Part shown: in pieces, positions 8,714-18,151 of the stretch
How the letters are laid out: each line of letters starts with the position of its first letter
How positions within the stretch are numbered: position 1 is the stretch's first letter
Assembly: GCA_036651815.1 (NCBI GenBank)
Contig: JAVVXB010000003.1
Span: 42,144-106,143, forward strand
DNA from: Clostridia bacterium
Lineage (GTDB): Bacteria > Bacillota > Clostridia > Christensenellales > CAG-138
Direction of reading: 5' to 3'
DNA length: 64,000 nt
The notes under the pieces: generated by a model
What the model saw: the letters and a program-made list of their open reading frames with translations, nothing else
What the model was told of the DNA's origin: nothing
The model's database searches: none
Made by a program: the position numbers and the translations under genes

Positions 8714-11563
8714 ATGAAAAATCGCTCGCCCGTCAAAAAAATGACCGCTTTGGCTATGGCCGTGCTGCTGACGGTACTGCTGCTCCCGGTGCGGACCGCT
8801 CCCGCCGCGGGAGAGGCCACTTATGTGCGCGTGCTGCTCAGTACGGAGGGCGTAGGTTCGCTGACCATACCGATTACGGGTACATATCTGCTGACGCAGG
8901 CGCAGCGTAGCTTTACCAATGGTACGCTCAGGGTAAAAGCCAACGGCAGCAGCGTCACTGTCTCCCATTCCTCAGAAGGGGAGCTGTATACGGGCAGCAC
9001 GGTCACCATCGAGCGCAGCAATCCGGCGCGGACCGCGGGCAGCATGACCATACGAACCGTTGCAGGTAACCGAAAATTTCTCGGGCACTTCAATTTCTCC
9101 GCGATCAACGGCGTTTTGGAAGTTGTCAATTACGTACCCATGAGCCATTACCTCTACGGGGTGGTGGGCTATGAAATGAGCAACGATTTTCCAATTGAAG
9201 CGTTAAAAGCTCAAGCCATCGCGGCCAAGGGGTATGCGCTGCTTCATATAAAAAAAAGCGGGAACTATGATATTGGCGATACCGCTTCCGATCAGGTGTA
9301 CAAAGGCTACAACGCCGCCAACAATAACGTAATTTATGCCGTGGATTCCACCATGGGCGAGGTGCTGTACTATGGCGGCAAGCCGCTGCAGTGTTATTAT
9401 GCCGCCAGCAACGGCGGATGGATGATCCTGCCAAGCGCTCGCTGGGGGGATGCCGCCTATGACGGCGCATATGCCAGGGGCGCGGATAGCTACGATATGC
9501 GAAATCCTTCCACACCGAAGGAAACGGTCTTTATTCCAACGAGCTACTCGGAAAAAGAGATGGGCACAAAGGCTTTTGCTTTTCTGGATGCGCGTATGAC
9601 GGCGGTTGTTGGCGCCAACGGCGTCATACCGAAGAACTTTCACTTTGGTGCGATTCGTTCTGTGGATCAGGTGTCATCCTCTGTGGACGCAGGCAGCAGG
9701 GAAGACAAAAACCATTCGATTGTGACGGTCGGTGCAACCGTACGTGCTGATTTGGATCAAAACCTCATCCCCTCACCAACGCCAACCTTTGCGCCAACGC
9801 CGTCCCCCACGCCGGAAAATGCGCCAATGCCGTCCCCCACGCCGATATGGACAACACCCGCACCGACGGAGATGCCCATTCCGCCTATAGAAGGGGCGGA
9901 AGGTTACGATCCAAACTGGGTGATGCCGTCGCCGACACCGTTGCCGGAGATGCCCACGCCAACGCCGCAATGGGCACCAAGTCCGTCGCCCACGCCGAGC
10001 CATGCGCCGACGCCATCCCCCACACCTGCCATCGAACTGACTCGGGAGATTCCTGTTTCGTTCAGCTTTCCCTTTGCGGATATGGTGGCGGCGGGACTAT
10101 ATATGGCAACCAACCTCAAGATTTTCTATGCGGAGCCAACCGCCGGCGGTTTTAATTTGCAGCATGCCCGCTATGGCCACGGCATTGGCATGAGTCAGCG
10201 TGGCGCACAGCAGATGGCCGCTGAGGGACACAGCTATCGGGACATTCTGACGTACTATTATCCGGGTGCAACACTTGGCACCATGAGTTATACGCTACCG
10301 GAGAGCATGACGCCACCCGCAACCGGAGGAGGGGCAACGCCGCCGCCGGAGGGCGTTCCCACCGGGGCTGCCACGGGTAAAATTATCAATGGATCCGTCA
10401 ATCTGCGTGCCAATGCATCGCAGTCCGCCTCTTCGCTGGAAAATCTCGCCGTCGATACGTCGCTAACCCTGCTGGGCATGCAGGGCGTGTGGTACTATGT
10501 TTCCGCGCCAAGTGGAAAAACCGGCTATGTACAATATGACGATGTTTTACTCACGGGTGACGGCGTGATTGCCCTAGGCAGCATCAGCGCCAGCGCGGTC
10601 AATTATCGCACCGGGCCAGGCAAGACCTATGACGCCATCGGACGGCTCAGCCGCAGCACCCAACTGGGCATCTATGGCATGGTGGACGGCTGGTATAAGA
10701 TTAAAGCGATGACCACGGGAATCGTCGGCTTTGTTAGTAAGGATTATGTGAACATTACGCAGGCTGTCGCGGGCAATCCCGGCGCAACTTTCCCGGGCAG
10801 TACGCTACCGCCGGCAATCGTGACAAGCGCGCCGACAGAACAGCCCAATTTGGCAACCCCTGCGCCGACACCCGTGCCCACAGCAACGCCAATCCTACTC
10901 TATGCCGCTGCCGGGTCGGTCAATGGTAGCGGGGTCAACATTCGGGCAGGCACCTCCACCAGCACGAAGAGCTTTGGCAAGCTCAGTCGAAATACACAGG
11001 TGGGTCTGTATGAAAAGATCGGCTCCTGGTATCATGTTCGGGTGCTGCCAAACGGGCAGGAGGGCTTTATGTATGCCAAATACATCACCTTGAACGTGCT
11101 TTCCGGCGGGGGTGGTACCAATGTGCCGCCAACGGATGCATCGGGCGGACAGACGGCGCCAACCAGCCGCGGATATATCAACGCCAGCGGCGTCAACATC
11201 CGCAATGGTGCTTCCGTAGGGTATGATAGCCTCGGAAAACTGGGGCGTAATACCACCGTAAAGATACTTGGTTCTGCGGGTAGCTGGCTGCAGGTGGAGA
11301 CGGTTTCTAGTAAAATCAATGGATACGTGTTCGCTAAATATGTAACGATGACAGGCACGCAAAAAACGGAGATCAGCACCGGCACGATTACCGCAAGACT
11401 GAACCTGCGGACGGCCGCCACCACGGGCGCATCCAGTCGTGTGTTGCAGGTGATGCCAAGGGGTGCAGTTGTTACGGTACTGAGCACGGCAAATGGTTGG
11501 TGTAAGGTCATGTATGAAGGAACGACAGGCTACTGCATCAGCTCCTGCGTGCGCATTGCATAA
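8714..11563 (+). CDS. Secreted SpoIID/LytB-domain protein with a Pro-rich linker and five C-terminal SH3b domains
   Basis: Signal peptide. SpoIID-type core (YLYGVVGYEM...EALKAQAIAAKGYAL...YYAASNGG). PSPTP-type low-complexity segment. Five repeats of the pattern xVNxRxGxS...G.L....V.......WY.V...G..G(Y/F)V...Y(V/I). Confidence 0.8.
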   Translation: MKNRSPVKKMTALAMAVLLTVLLLPVRTAPAAGEATYVRVLLSTEGVGSLTIPITGTYLLTQAQRSFTNGTLRVKANGSSVTVSHSSEGELYTGSTVTIERSNPARTAGSMTIRTVAGNRKFLGHFNFSAINGVLEVVNYVPMSHYLYGVVGYEMSNDFPIEALKAQAIAAKGYALLHIKKSGNYDIGDTASDQVYKGYNAANNNVIYAVDSTMGEVLYYGGKPLQCYYAASNGGWMILPSARWGDAAYDGAYARGADSYDMRNPSTPKETVFIPTSYSEKEMGTKAFAFLDARMTAVVGANGVIPKNFHFGAIRSVDQVSSSVDAGSREDKNHSIVTVGATVRADLDQNLIPSPTPTFAPTPSPTPENAPMPSPTPIWTTPAPTEMPIPPIEGAEGYDPNWVMPSPTPLPEMPTPTPQWAPSPSPTPSHAPTPSPTPAIELTREIPVSFSFPFADMVAAGLYMATNLKIFYAEPTAGGFNLQHARYGHGIGMSQRGAQQMAAEGHSYRDILTYYYPGATLGTMSYTLPESMTPPATGGGATPPPEGVPTGAATGKIINGSVNLRANASQSASSLENLAVDTSLTLLGMQGVWYYVSAPSGKTGYVQYDDVLLTGDGVIALGSISASAVNYRTGPGKTYDAIGRLSRSTQLGIYGMVDGWYKIKAMTTGIVGFVSKDYVNITQAVAGNPGATFPGSTLPPAIVTSAPTEQPNLATPAPTPVPTATPILLYAAAGSVNGSGVNIRAGTSTSTKSFGKLSRNTQVGLYEKIGSWYHVRVLPNGQEGFMYAKYITLNVLSGGGGTNVPPTDASGGQTAPTSRGYINASGVNIRNGASVGYDSLGKLGRNTTVKILGSAGSWLQVETVSSKINGYVFAKYVTMTGTQKTEISTGTITARLNLRTAATTGASSRVLQVMPRGAVVTVLSTANGWCKVMYEGTTGYCISSCVRIA
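9791..9844 (+). repeat. In-frame direct repeat inside the Pro-rich linker of the SpoIID-like gene
   Basis: GCGCCAA(C/T)GCCGTCCCCCACGCCG occurs at 9791-9814 and 9821-9844, with one mismatch and a 30-nt period. Confidence 0.7.
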
Positions 11564-11612
11564 ACGGACGATAAATGCGCAGCCAGCCAACGGCATAGGT
11601 GAGCCGGATTGA

Positions 11613-12734
11613 GTGAAGAAAGTTTACAATATGAACAAGAAGAAGCTGAATTTGATATTCTTGTGTTCTGCTGCGGGGGTGCTCATAGTGCTGAGCATCC
11701 TTGGCTTTTCGCGGGCAAGCAAGCGCAGAGCTGGCACGCCCGTCGTTGTGCAACAGGCGCAGAGTGAAGTGGTCAATATTCTGCCAGCGGCGGTGACGCC
11801 TTCTCCTTCATCGGTGCCGACCGTGCCAGATGGAGCAGTTACCCTGCTTGTGAACCGCACACCAGTTTTGACGCTTTTGAGTGAAAACGAAGCACAAAAG
11901 TTGCTTTGGACATACCTAATGCAAAACAGCACCGCACCCGAGGGGGAAACATTTGTTTCCGCCACATTTGATGGAGAATTGATTATTGGGGATGCCGCAA
12001 TGGACGCGAAGGTGACGGATTACGATGATGCGTTGACGCTGCTGACCAATCAGCCATCCATCGTGCCGGTTCGACTGGTTACGATTCGCACGGAAACTGC
12101 TGGTGCGGATGCGGAACGTACAGAAACGGACGAACCATCGCTGAGTAAAGGGAGCCGCATGATTGTGCAGCTTGGTTCCGGCGCGCGCATCCAGACCACA
12201 ACCAAGGTGGTCTATGTGGCGGGTTTACAGCAAAGCGCGGACGATCCGGTGCAAAAGACCGTGCGTGAAGCGCGTGCAACCATCCTCAAAAACGGAACGT
12301 TTACCAGGAAAGATCCCTCTGGCGAACCGGACAAGAAAGAGGGTGTGGCAGGTAAGGGCAAAGGAGAATTGAAGCTGGGGTATCCTATGCGTGGCAATGT
12401 CACGTCCTACTTTGGATTTCGTGATGGCAATATGCATAATGGATTGGATATCAGTGCGAAGGCAGGAACAGTCGTAGCCGCGCCGGGCGAGGGTGTCGTT
12501 GTCTATTGTGGTGTACGTGGCGCGTATGGGCTGGTTGTGGATATCGATCATGGGAACGGATTTATATCCCGGCTCACACATCTGGAGGATGTGGGGGTGG
12601 AGCTGAACCAACGCGTGTTTGCGGGCGATGCCGTGGGGGTACTCGCGGCAACGAGTGATAACGGTAAAAAAGCGCACCTGCACTACGAACTGCTTGTTGA
12701 CGGCATTCCGAACAATCCTGTGTTTTATCTGTAG
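11613..12734 (+). CDS. M23 family (LytM-type) metallopeptidase, membrane-anchored
   Basis: N-terminal TM segment. C-terminal HNGLD (HxxxD) and HLHYE (HxH) zinc motifs. The GTG start at 11613 is uncertain; an ATG at 11631 is the alternative. Confidence 0.8.
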   Translation: MKKVYNMNKKKLNLIFLCSAAGVLIVLSILGFSRASKRRAGTPVVVQQAQSEVVNILPAAVTPSPSSVPTVPDGAVTLLVNRTPVLTLLSENEAQKLLWTYLMQNSTAPEGETFVSATFDGELIIGDAAMDAKVTDYDDALTLLTNQPSIVPVRLVTIRTETAGADAERTETDEPSLSKGSRMIVQLGSGARIQTTTKVVYVAGLQQSADDPVQKTVREARATILKNGTFTRKDPSGEPDKKEGVAGKGKGELKLGYPMRGNVTSYFGFRDGNMHNGLDISAKAGTVVAAPGEGVVVYCGVRGAYGLVVDIDHGNGFISRLTHLEDVGVELNQRVFAGDAVGVLAATSDNGKKAHLHYELLVDGIPNNPVFYL

Positions 12735-12788
12735 CGTGCGCACAGACACCATGCCATAAGAACTTGACCATTCGGAAAGGAATCGCAT

Positions 12789-13478
12789 TTGAAAGAAACA
12801 CTTGCCCGCATGTGCTCTGATTTGACAACGGAACAGCTTGAACAGTTTCAGATTTATTTCGAGATGCTCGTTGACTGGAATACGCGTATGAACCTAACCG
12901 GCATTACCAAGCCGGAGGAGGTCGCAAAAAAACATTTTGCGGATTCTCTTGCCGCGCTACCGTTGATTGGTAACAACGCGAGCGTTATCGACGTTGGCAC
13001 AGGCGCTGGATTTCCCGGCATTCCGCTGCTGATAGCAAATCCATCGCTCAAAATGACCTTGCTGGATGGGCTGAATAAGCGAATTTTATTTTTGGAGGCG
13101 GTATTGGACAAGCTTGGACTAACCGCCGCGTGTATCCATATGCGTGCTGAGGACGCGGGTCGCTCTCCCCGCTATCGAGAACGGTTCGATGTTGCTACGA
13201 CCCGTGCAGTCGCGTCTTTGCCCGTACTGACGGAACTGACGGTACCGCTGCTCAAGGTGGGCGGAAAGAGCATCGCTTACAAGGGTTTTGCGGCTGAAGA
13301 ATTGATCGCCAGCAAAGGTGCGCTTCATTTGCTGCATGCAGCGGCAGAGCGCATCGAAATTCCTGCGGATTATGGTGAGCGTACGCTGGTGGTGATTACT
13401 AAAAAAGAACCTACGCCCAAAGCATACCCACGAAAAGCCGGTACACCGGAGAAGAATCCTCTTGGAGAAAACGGATAA
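12789..13478 (+). CDS. rsmG: 16S rRNA (guanine527-N7)-methyltransferase
   Basis: NLTGI...HFADSL and SAM motif DVGTGAGFPGIPL. TTG start with AAAGGA upstream. Stop overlaps the next ATG (ATGA). Confidence 0.85.
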   Translation: MKETLARMCSDLTTEQLEQFQIYFEMLVDWNTRMNLTGITKPEEVAKKHFADSLAALPLIGNNASVIDVGTGAGFPGIPLLIANPSLKMTLLDGLNKRILFLEAVLDKLGLTAACIHMRAEDAGRSPRYRERFDVATTRAVASLPVLTELTVPLLKVGGKSIAYKGFAAEELIASKGALHLLHAAAERIEIPADYGERTLVVITKKEPTPKAYPRKAGTPEKNPLGENG

Positions 13479-15076
13479 TGAACGATCAAAAAGACCTCAT
13501 TAGCAGCAAGCTGTCCCATGCGTTGGGTACGGCGATTGCCGTTTTGACTGTACTGCTTGCGCTTGCTTTCTTTCTGGGCAGCATGCTCGGTACCTATACG
13601 GTGCGCATGCAGACCGGTTCACTGTATAATTATGAAATTAAATACCATCCCGATCAGATTTTCCGCAATCTCATTGTTCTCTGCAGCGTTGCCGGTTTAC
13701 TGTGGCTGCTTTGCAAGGTGCGTGTATCCCGCCGCGCTGCTTGGCTGGTAGCGGGGGGTGCCCTGCTGATCGTTGCTGCTGCCGGAATGTGCTGGGTGCA
13801 CGCTGCTGCAATTGTACCGGAGTCAGATCAAGCAGTATTGTATGAATATGCGCAACAATTTGTCCATGGCGACTATTCGGCAATTCTGGGTGGCGACGGC
13901 TACGATTATCTGCGCGTCTATCCTTTTCAGCTTGGCTTTCTTACCTATCTGGAGGCCGCCATCCGACTGTTTGGCGAGACGGCGCTGCCGGCATTGCCGC
14001 TGCTCAACGTACTCTGGCTGGTGCTGGCGTATGCGGCGGTGATTGCTACGGCGGATGCAATGCTGATGGACGCCCGGGTGACGTTGCTGACTACACTGCT
14101 GCTGATGGGCAGCCTGCCGCCGGTATTGGCCTGCACATTGATCTATGCCAATATCCCTGCGCTGGCTTGTAGCTGCTGGGGTATCTATTTTGTGGTGCGG
14201 TATGATAGGATGGGACATGCACGCCTGCTGTTGCCCACCGTGGTGTTGCTTGCGCTTTCGGCGGTGTTAAAACCGAATTATCTCATTGTACTGATTGCCT
14301 GCGGCATCATCTTACTGCTTGCGGCGCTGAAAAATAAAAAGCTTCGACCGGCGTTGGTAGGGATTGCCTGCACAGTGGTATTGTATTTGCTCAGCACATC
14401 GCTGATACAGAGCGGTTATGAACGACGTGCCGGCGCCAAGGCCGGGGATGGTATGCCACAGCTTTCCTGGATGGTGATGGGGATGCAGCAAGGCTCGACG
14501 CTTCCGCCCGGCTGGTATAACCGCTATGCACTGAACGTCTACCACGAAAATAGCGGCGACATGGAACGGGTTAACGCACGGATGCATACGGATCTGCGGG
14601 AGCGGCTTCATACGTTTGCGTCCAATCCGATGTTGACCGCCAAGTTTTTTGCACAGAAATTTTATAGCCAGTGGAATGAACCGACGTTTCAGTCCATATG
14701 GGTAAGTCGGATGGCGACGCCGCTTTCCGGCCAATGGCCTCGCCTCGTGATCGAGGTCTATGAAGGTACGGCGGCGGACTGGCTGACGGAATACTGTAAC
14801 CAATATGTGCAGGTGCTGTACTTCGGGTTTTTGTTGTTTACGCTGAGTCTGTGCAAAACGCGCAAAGAAATACTGCTGTTGCTGCCACTGACGATACTTG
14901 GCGGCGGGATGTATCATCTGCTGTTTGAGGCAAAGAGCCTGTATGCACTCACCTACCTGCCACTGTTTGCGCCTTGTGCTGCTGGTGGAATTGCAAGGAT
15001 AAGCGCAGACGTAACCTTTTGCCGAAAAAAGACCGTTCCGCCGGCTCCGATGAAAAAAGGACGGTTACTTCCGTAG
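13478..15076 (+). CDS. Polytopic membrane protein, possibly a GT-C fold (ArnT/PMT-like) glycosyltransferase
   Basis: 532 aa with more than 10 predicted TM helices. The first extracytoplasmic loop has an acidic ESDQ..YEY motif reminiscent of GT39/GT83 enzymes. Function is inferred only. Confidence 0.5.
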   Translation: MNDQKDLISSKLSHALGTAIAVLTVLLALAFFLGSMLGTYTVRMQTGSLYNYEIKYHPDQIFRNLIVLCSVAGLLWLLCKVRVSRRAAWLVAGGALLIVAAAGMCWVHAAAIVPESDQAVLYEYAQQFVHGDYSAILGGDGYDYLRVYPFQLGFLTYLEAAIRLFGETALPALPLLNVLWLVLAYAAVIATADAMLMDARVTLLTTLLLMGSLPPVLACTLIYANIPALACSCWGIYFVVRYDRMGHARLLLPTVVLLALSAVLKPNYLIVLIACGIILLLAALKNKKLRPALVGIACTVVLYLLSTSLIQSGYERRAGAKAGDGMPQLSWMVMGMQQGSTLPPGWYNRYALNVYHENSGDMERVNARMHTDLRERLHTFASNPMLTAKFFAQKFYSQWNEPTFQSIWVSRMATPLSGQWPRLVIEVYEGTAADWLTEYCNQYVQVLYFGFLLFTLSLCKTRKEILLLLPLTILGGGMYHLLFEAKSLYALTYLPLFAPCAAGGIARISADVTFCRKKTVPPAPMKKGRLLP

Positions 15077-15856
15077 AAATCAATTCATGATTGCTTTGTA
15101 ACGGATACGCTTCAGCAGAACTGGGCAGCGGCTTAGTACGTATTTCCAGAGCTTATGAAAAGCGTTTGTGGTTTCTTTGCTGCTATTTTTGCACGCCTAA
15201 TTTTAGAACATCCTCGAGTCGATATCTACCAATGATGCGTTCAAACTGATAAAAGTCCACGCGACACCGCAAAATCCACCTTTGGAAACGACCTTAGTCC
15301 GGAGCAGAGTCAATTGTCGTTGCCGTGAAGTCCTTACGCTGTAAGTACTTAAGGCGCTTGCAGCCTACGAAAAATACGGAGCGTTCGGGTGTTCAGCCCA
15401 CGATGGACTGATTCCGATTCCGGTGATTAGATTTGCTGGAGCTGAGCACTCAATTTAGCCGACGTTGCTTTGCTTTTGCTGTCCGCAAATTCGAAGAGGA
15501 TGAGGTGCTGGGAGAAAAGGGATGCTCCTAAATGCACCGGTACTGTTTCAGCACAAGAAGGGTATCCATATGTCGATGCGAACGCCTATCATGAACGCGT
15601 TTCGCTTTACAGCCTATGGGATCAAATGAACATGATACTTGCATAAAAAACCAATTCAATGCCCAAAGGATGTTCAAAGGGTTCAAAGTCGCATACGACG
15701 GCCGAAAGGGAGTCAAAGCGATGCCAACCTTACGGAAGGTTGGCCTATTAAGCACAGAAATTAAGAACAACGGTGCGAAAGAAAAGTTCAATGCGTAAAA
15801 AACAGTAAAAAATGCAGTAATTGCTCGACAGATTGTTTTCAGTTGAGCTTTTTTGC

Positions 15857-15885
15857 TTGCATTCTTTCAGAGGCCAAGCTATAAT
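15857..15885 (+). promoter_or_regulatory. Sigma-A type promoter upstream of pckA
   Basis: TTGCAT-N17-TATAAT, about 105 nt upstream of the pckA ATG. Confidence 0.45.
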
Positions 15886-15992
15886 AATTCAAAATGGGGG
15901 AGAATTGATACAGTTGCCATATTGGACACTATACAATATATCATTTTCCATTAGAAAACAACGATTAAAATACCGCAAAGGAGAAGAAAATA

Positions 15993-17573
15993 ATGAAAGA
16001 ATACGTCGAATCCCTGGGTATTATTGCACCGAAGGCAGTCTACAGAAACCTGTGCCCGGCACAGCTCGTTGAGCATGCACTGGAACGCGGAGAAGGTACG
16101 CTGTCCGAAACCGGCGCACTGGTTGTCTATACCGGCAAATATACCGGTCGTTCACCGAACGATCGTTTTGTTGTCGATGAACCTACCACGCATAACGAGA
16201 TTGATTGGGGCAAGGTGAACGTTCCGATTACTCGTCAGAAGGCCGATGCTATCTATCAGAGAATGACCGCCTATTTGCAGGGACGCGAAATCTTCATCTT
16301 TGACGGTTTTGCCGGAGCTGATTCCGAATACGCACTACCCGTTCGTGTTGTGAATGAATTGGCCAGCCAGAATCTGTTTATTCATCAATTGCTGATCCGA
16401 CCGACCGAGGAGCAGCTGAACAGCTTTGTGCCGGGCTTTACCATCATTGCTGCGCCGGGGTTCAAGTGTGTTCCTGCCATTGACGGGGTCAATTCCGAGG
16501 CCGCGATTATCGTGGACTTTGAAAACAAGCGTGTCATCATTGCGGGCAGCCAATACGCAGGGGAAATTAAAAAGAGCGTTTTTTCCGTGATGAACTATAT
16601 TTTGCCTCACAAGGATGTGCTGCCGATGCACTGCTCTGCCAATATCGGAGAAGCGGGCGACTCCGCTCTGTTCTTTGGCCTGTCCGGAACCGGTAAGACC
16701 ACGTTATCTGCCGATCCGAATCGCAAGCTTATCGGTGACGATGAGCATGGTTGGAGCGCAAACGGCATCTTTAACTTCGAAGGTGGCTGCTATGCCAAGT
16801 GCATCAACCTCTCTCAGGAGAACGAACCTCAGATTTGGAACGCCATCAAGTTTGGTTCCCTCGTTGAGAACGTTGTGATGGACAAGGAAACCCGTCACTT
16901 CGATTTTGACGATGGTTCCGTCACCGAAAACACTCGCGTTGGCTATCCTGTGGATTATATTCCAAGCTGCGTTATCCCCGGCGTAGGTGGTCAGCCAAAG
17001 ACCGTTGTGTTCCTGACTGCGGATGCATTTGGTGTAATCCCGCCTATTTCCAAGCTGAATAAGAACGCGGCCATGTATCACTTTGTATCCGGCTACACCA
17101 GCAAGCTTGCTGGTACGGAGCGCGGCATTACGGAACCGGTTACCACGTTCTCAACCTTGTTTGGCGCACCGTTTATGCCGCTGAAAGCGTCACTGTATGC
17201 AGAGATGCTCGGCAAGCGTATCGATCAGTACGATGCCAATGTATATCTTGTTAACACCGGTTGGTGCGGCCATAAAGCTGGCAACGGCAAACGCATGAGC
17301 CTTAAATACACCCGTGCGATGTTGACTGCTGCACTCAACGGAGAACTGGAAAAAGGCGAATTTGCAACCGATCCGATCTTCAACGTTCAGGTCCCGAAAT
17401 CTTGCCCCGGTGTACCGTCCGAGGTCCTTTCCCCTCGTGAAATGTGGAAGCAGGAAGCCGGAGAAGCTGAATATGAGAAGACTGCCAAGGATCTGGCTGC
17501 GCGCTTTGTGAAAAACTTCGAGAAGTATGACCATATGCCTAAGCATATCGTTGATGCAGGCCCGAAGGCGTAA
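15993..17573 (+). CDS. pckA: Phosphoenolpyruvate carboxykinase (ATP)
   Basis: 526 aa. Kinase-1a motif [11 protein letters not shown], and GDDEHGW and other PckA blocks. SD AAAGGAGA upstream. Confidence 0.95.
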   Translation: MKEYVESLGIIAPKAVYRNLCPAQLVEHALERGEGTLSETGALVVYTGKYTGRSPNDRFVVDEPTTHNEIDWGKVNVPITRQKADAIYQRMTAYLQGREIFIFDGFAGADSEYALPVRVVNELASQNLFIHQLLIRPTEEQLNSFVPGFTIIAAPGFKCVPAIDGVNSEAAIIVDFENKRVIIAGSQYAGEIKKSVFSVMNYILPHKDVLPMHCSANIGEAGDSALFFGLSGTGKTTLSADPNRKLIGDDEHGWSANGIFNFEGGCYAKCINLSQENEPQIWNAIKFGSLVENVVMDKETRHFDFDDGSVTENTRVGYPVDYIPSCVIPGVGGQPKTVVFLTADAFGVIPPISKLNKNAAMYHFVSGYTSKLAGTERGITEPVTTFSTLFGAPFMPLKASLYAEMLGKRIDQYDANVYLVNTGWCGHKAGNGKRMSLKYTRAMLTAALNGELEKGEFATDPIFNVQVPKSCPGVPSEVLSPREMWKQEAGEAEYEKTAKDLAARFVKNFEKYDHMPKHIVDAGPKA

Positions 17574-17604
17574 TCCTTAACCGAATAGGGTATTTTCAGT
17601 CAGG

Positions 17605-17634
17605 GGAACGGGACGGCTTTTGCCGCCCCGTTCC
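17605..17634 (+). terminator. GC-rich hairpin downstream of pckA
   Basis: GGAACGGGACGGC-TTTT-GCCGCCCCGTTCC, a 13-bp stem with one mismatch, 32 nt after the pckA stop. The U-tract is weak. Confidence 0.5.
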
Positions 17635-17989
17635 TTCTGCAATTAAAAGGTGATTGACTGTAAAACAATCGAATGATGACAAATATTGAGAAATGCAATA
17701 CCTTAGCGACGGCTGAAGAAACGCACTTTTGCGAAAGAATAAACGCCATATAAACCATAAAGAGATCGTATCGTGCCTAACTTATGCAGCCGGCCTCATT
17801 GCTTTCGAACGAATGCGGATTTGAACAAAGCTGAGATTAGTGCATGCAATATTCGTAATAAACCAGCAACCTATGCGCCAAAGGGTGGACGTAACATGGC
17901 GCTATATTTCTCGTGGCAGATCATCTTACTTCCAAATGAAAGCGTTCCTAAACCTTGCTAGAAGTTATCTGTAACAAAATTTATGTCAT

Positions 17990-18014
17990 CAGGCAATGAA
18001 TTGCCTGTTTTTTT
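17990..18014 (+). terminator. Orphan rho-independent terminator
   Basis: CAGGCAA-TGAA-TTGCCTG followed by T7. No annotated + strand gene ends here. Confidence 0.6.
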
Positions 18015-18151
18015 GCATACACAAACAAATCAGCGATGGAATACGATTAAAACGAGAAATTGCATCACCGTCCGCTGCGTCTATATCGATTACTATCTTT
18101 TTACCGCCAACAATGCTGCCACGGTGATTTGAAAAGCTACTTTAAGAATTT

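Noticed and set aside
9770-10030. Repetitive DNA that might have been a CRISPR-like or intergenic repeat array (also 28180-28620).
   Set aside because: The repeats are in-frame coding repeats for Pro/Thr/Ser linkers inside well-supported genes. There are no regular repeat-spacer units and no cas genes.
15100-15992. CcpA cre site controlling pckA.
   Set aside because: The closest candidates (for example TGAAAAGCGTTTGT near 15162) break the central CG spacing of the TGWAANCGNTNWCA consensus.
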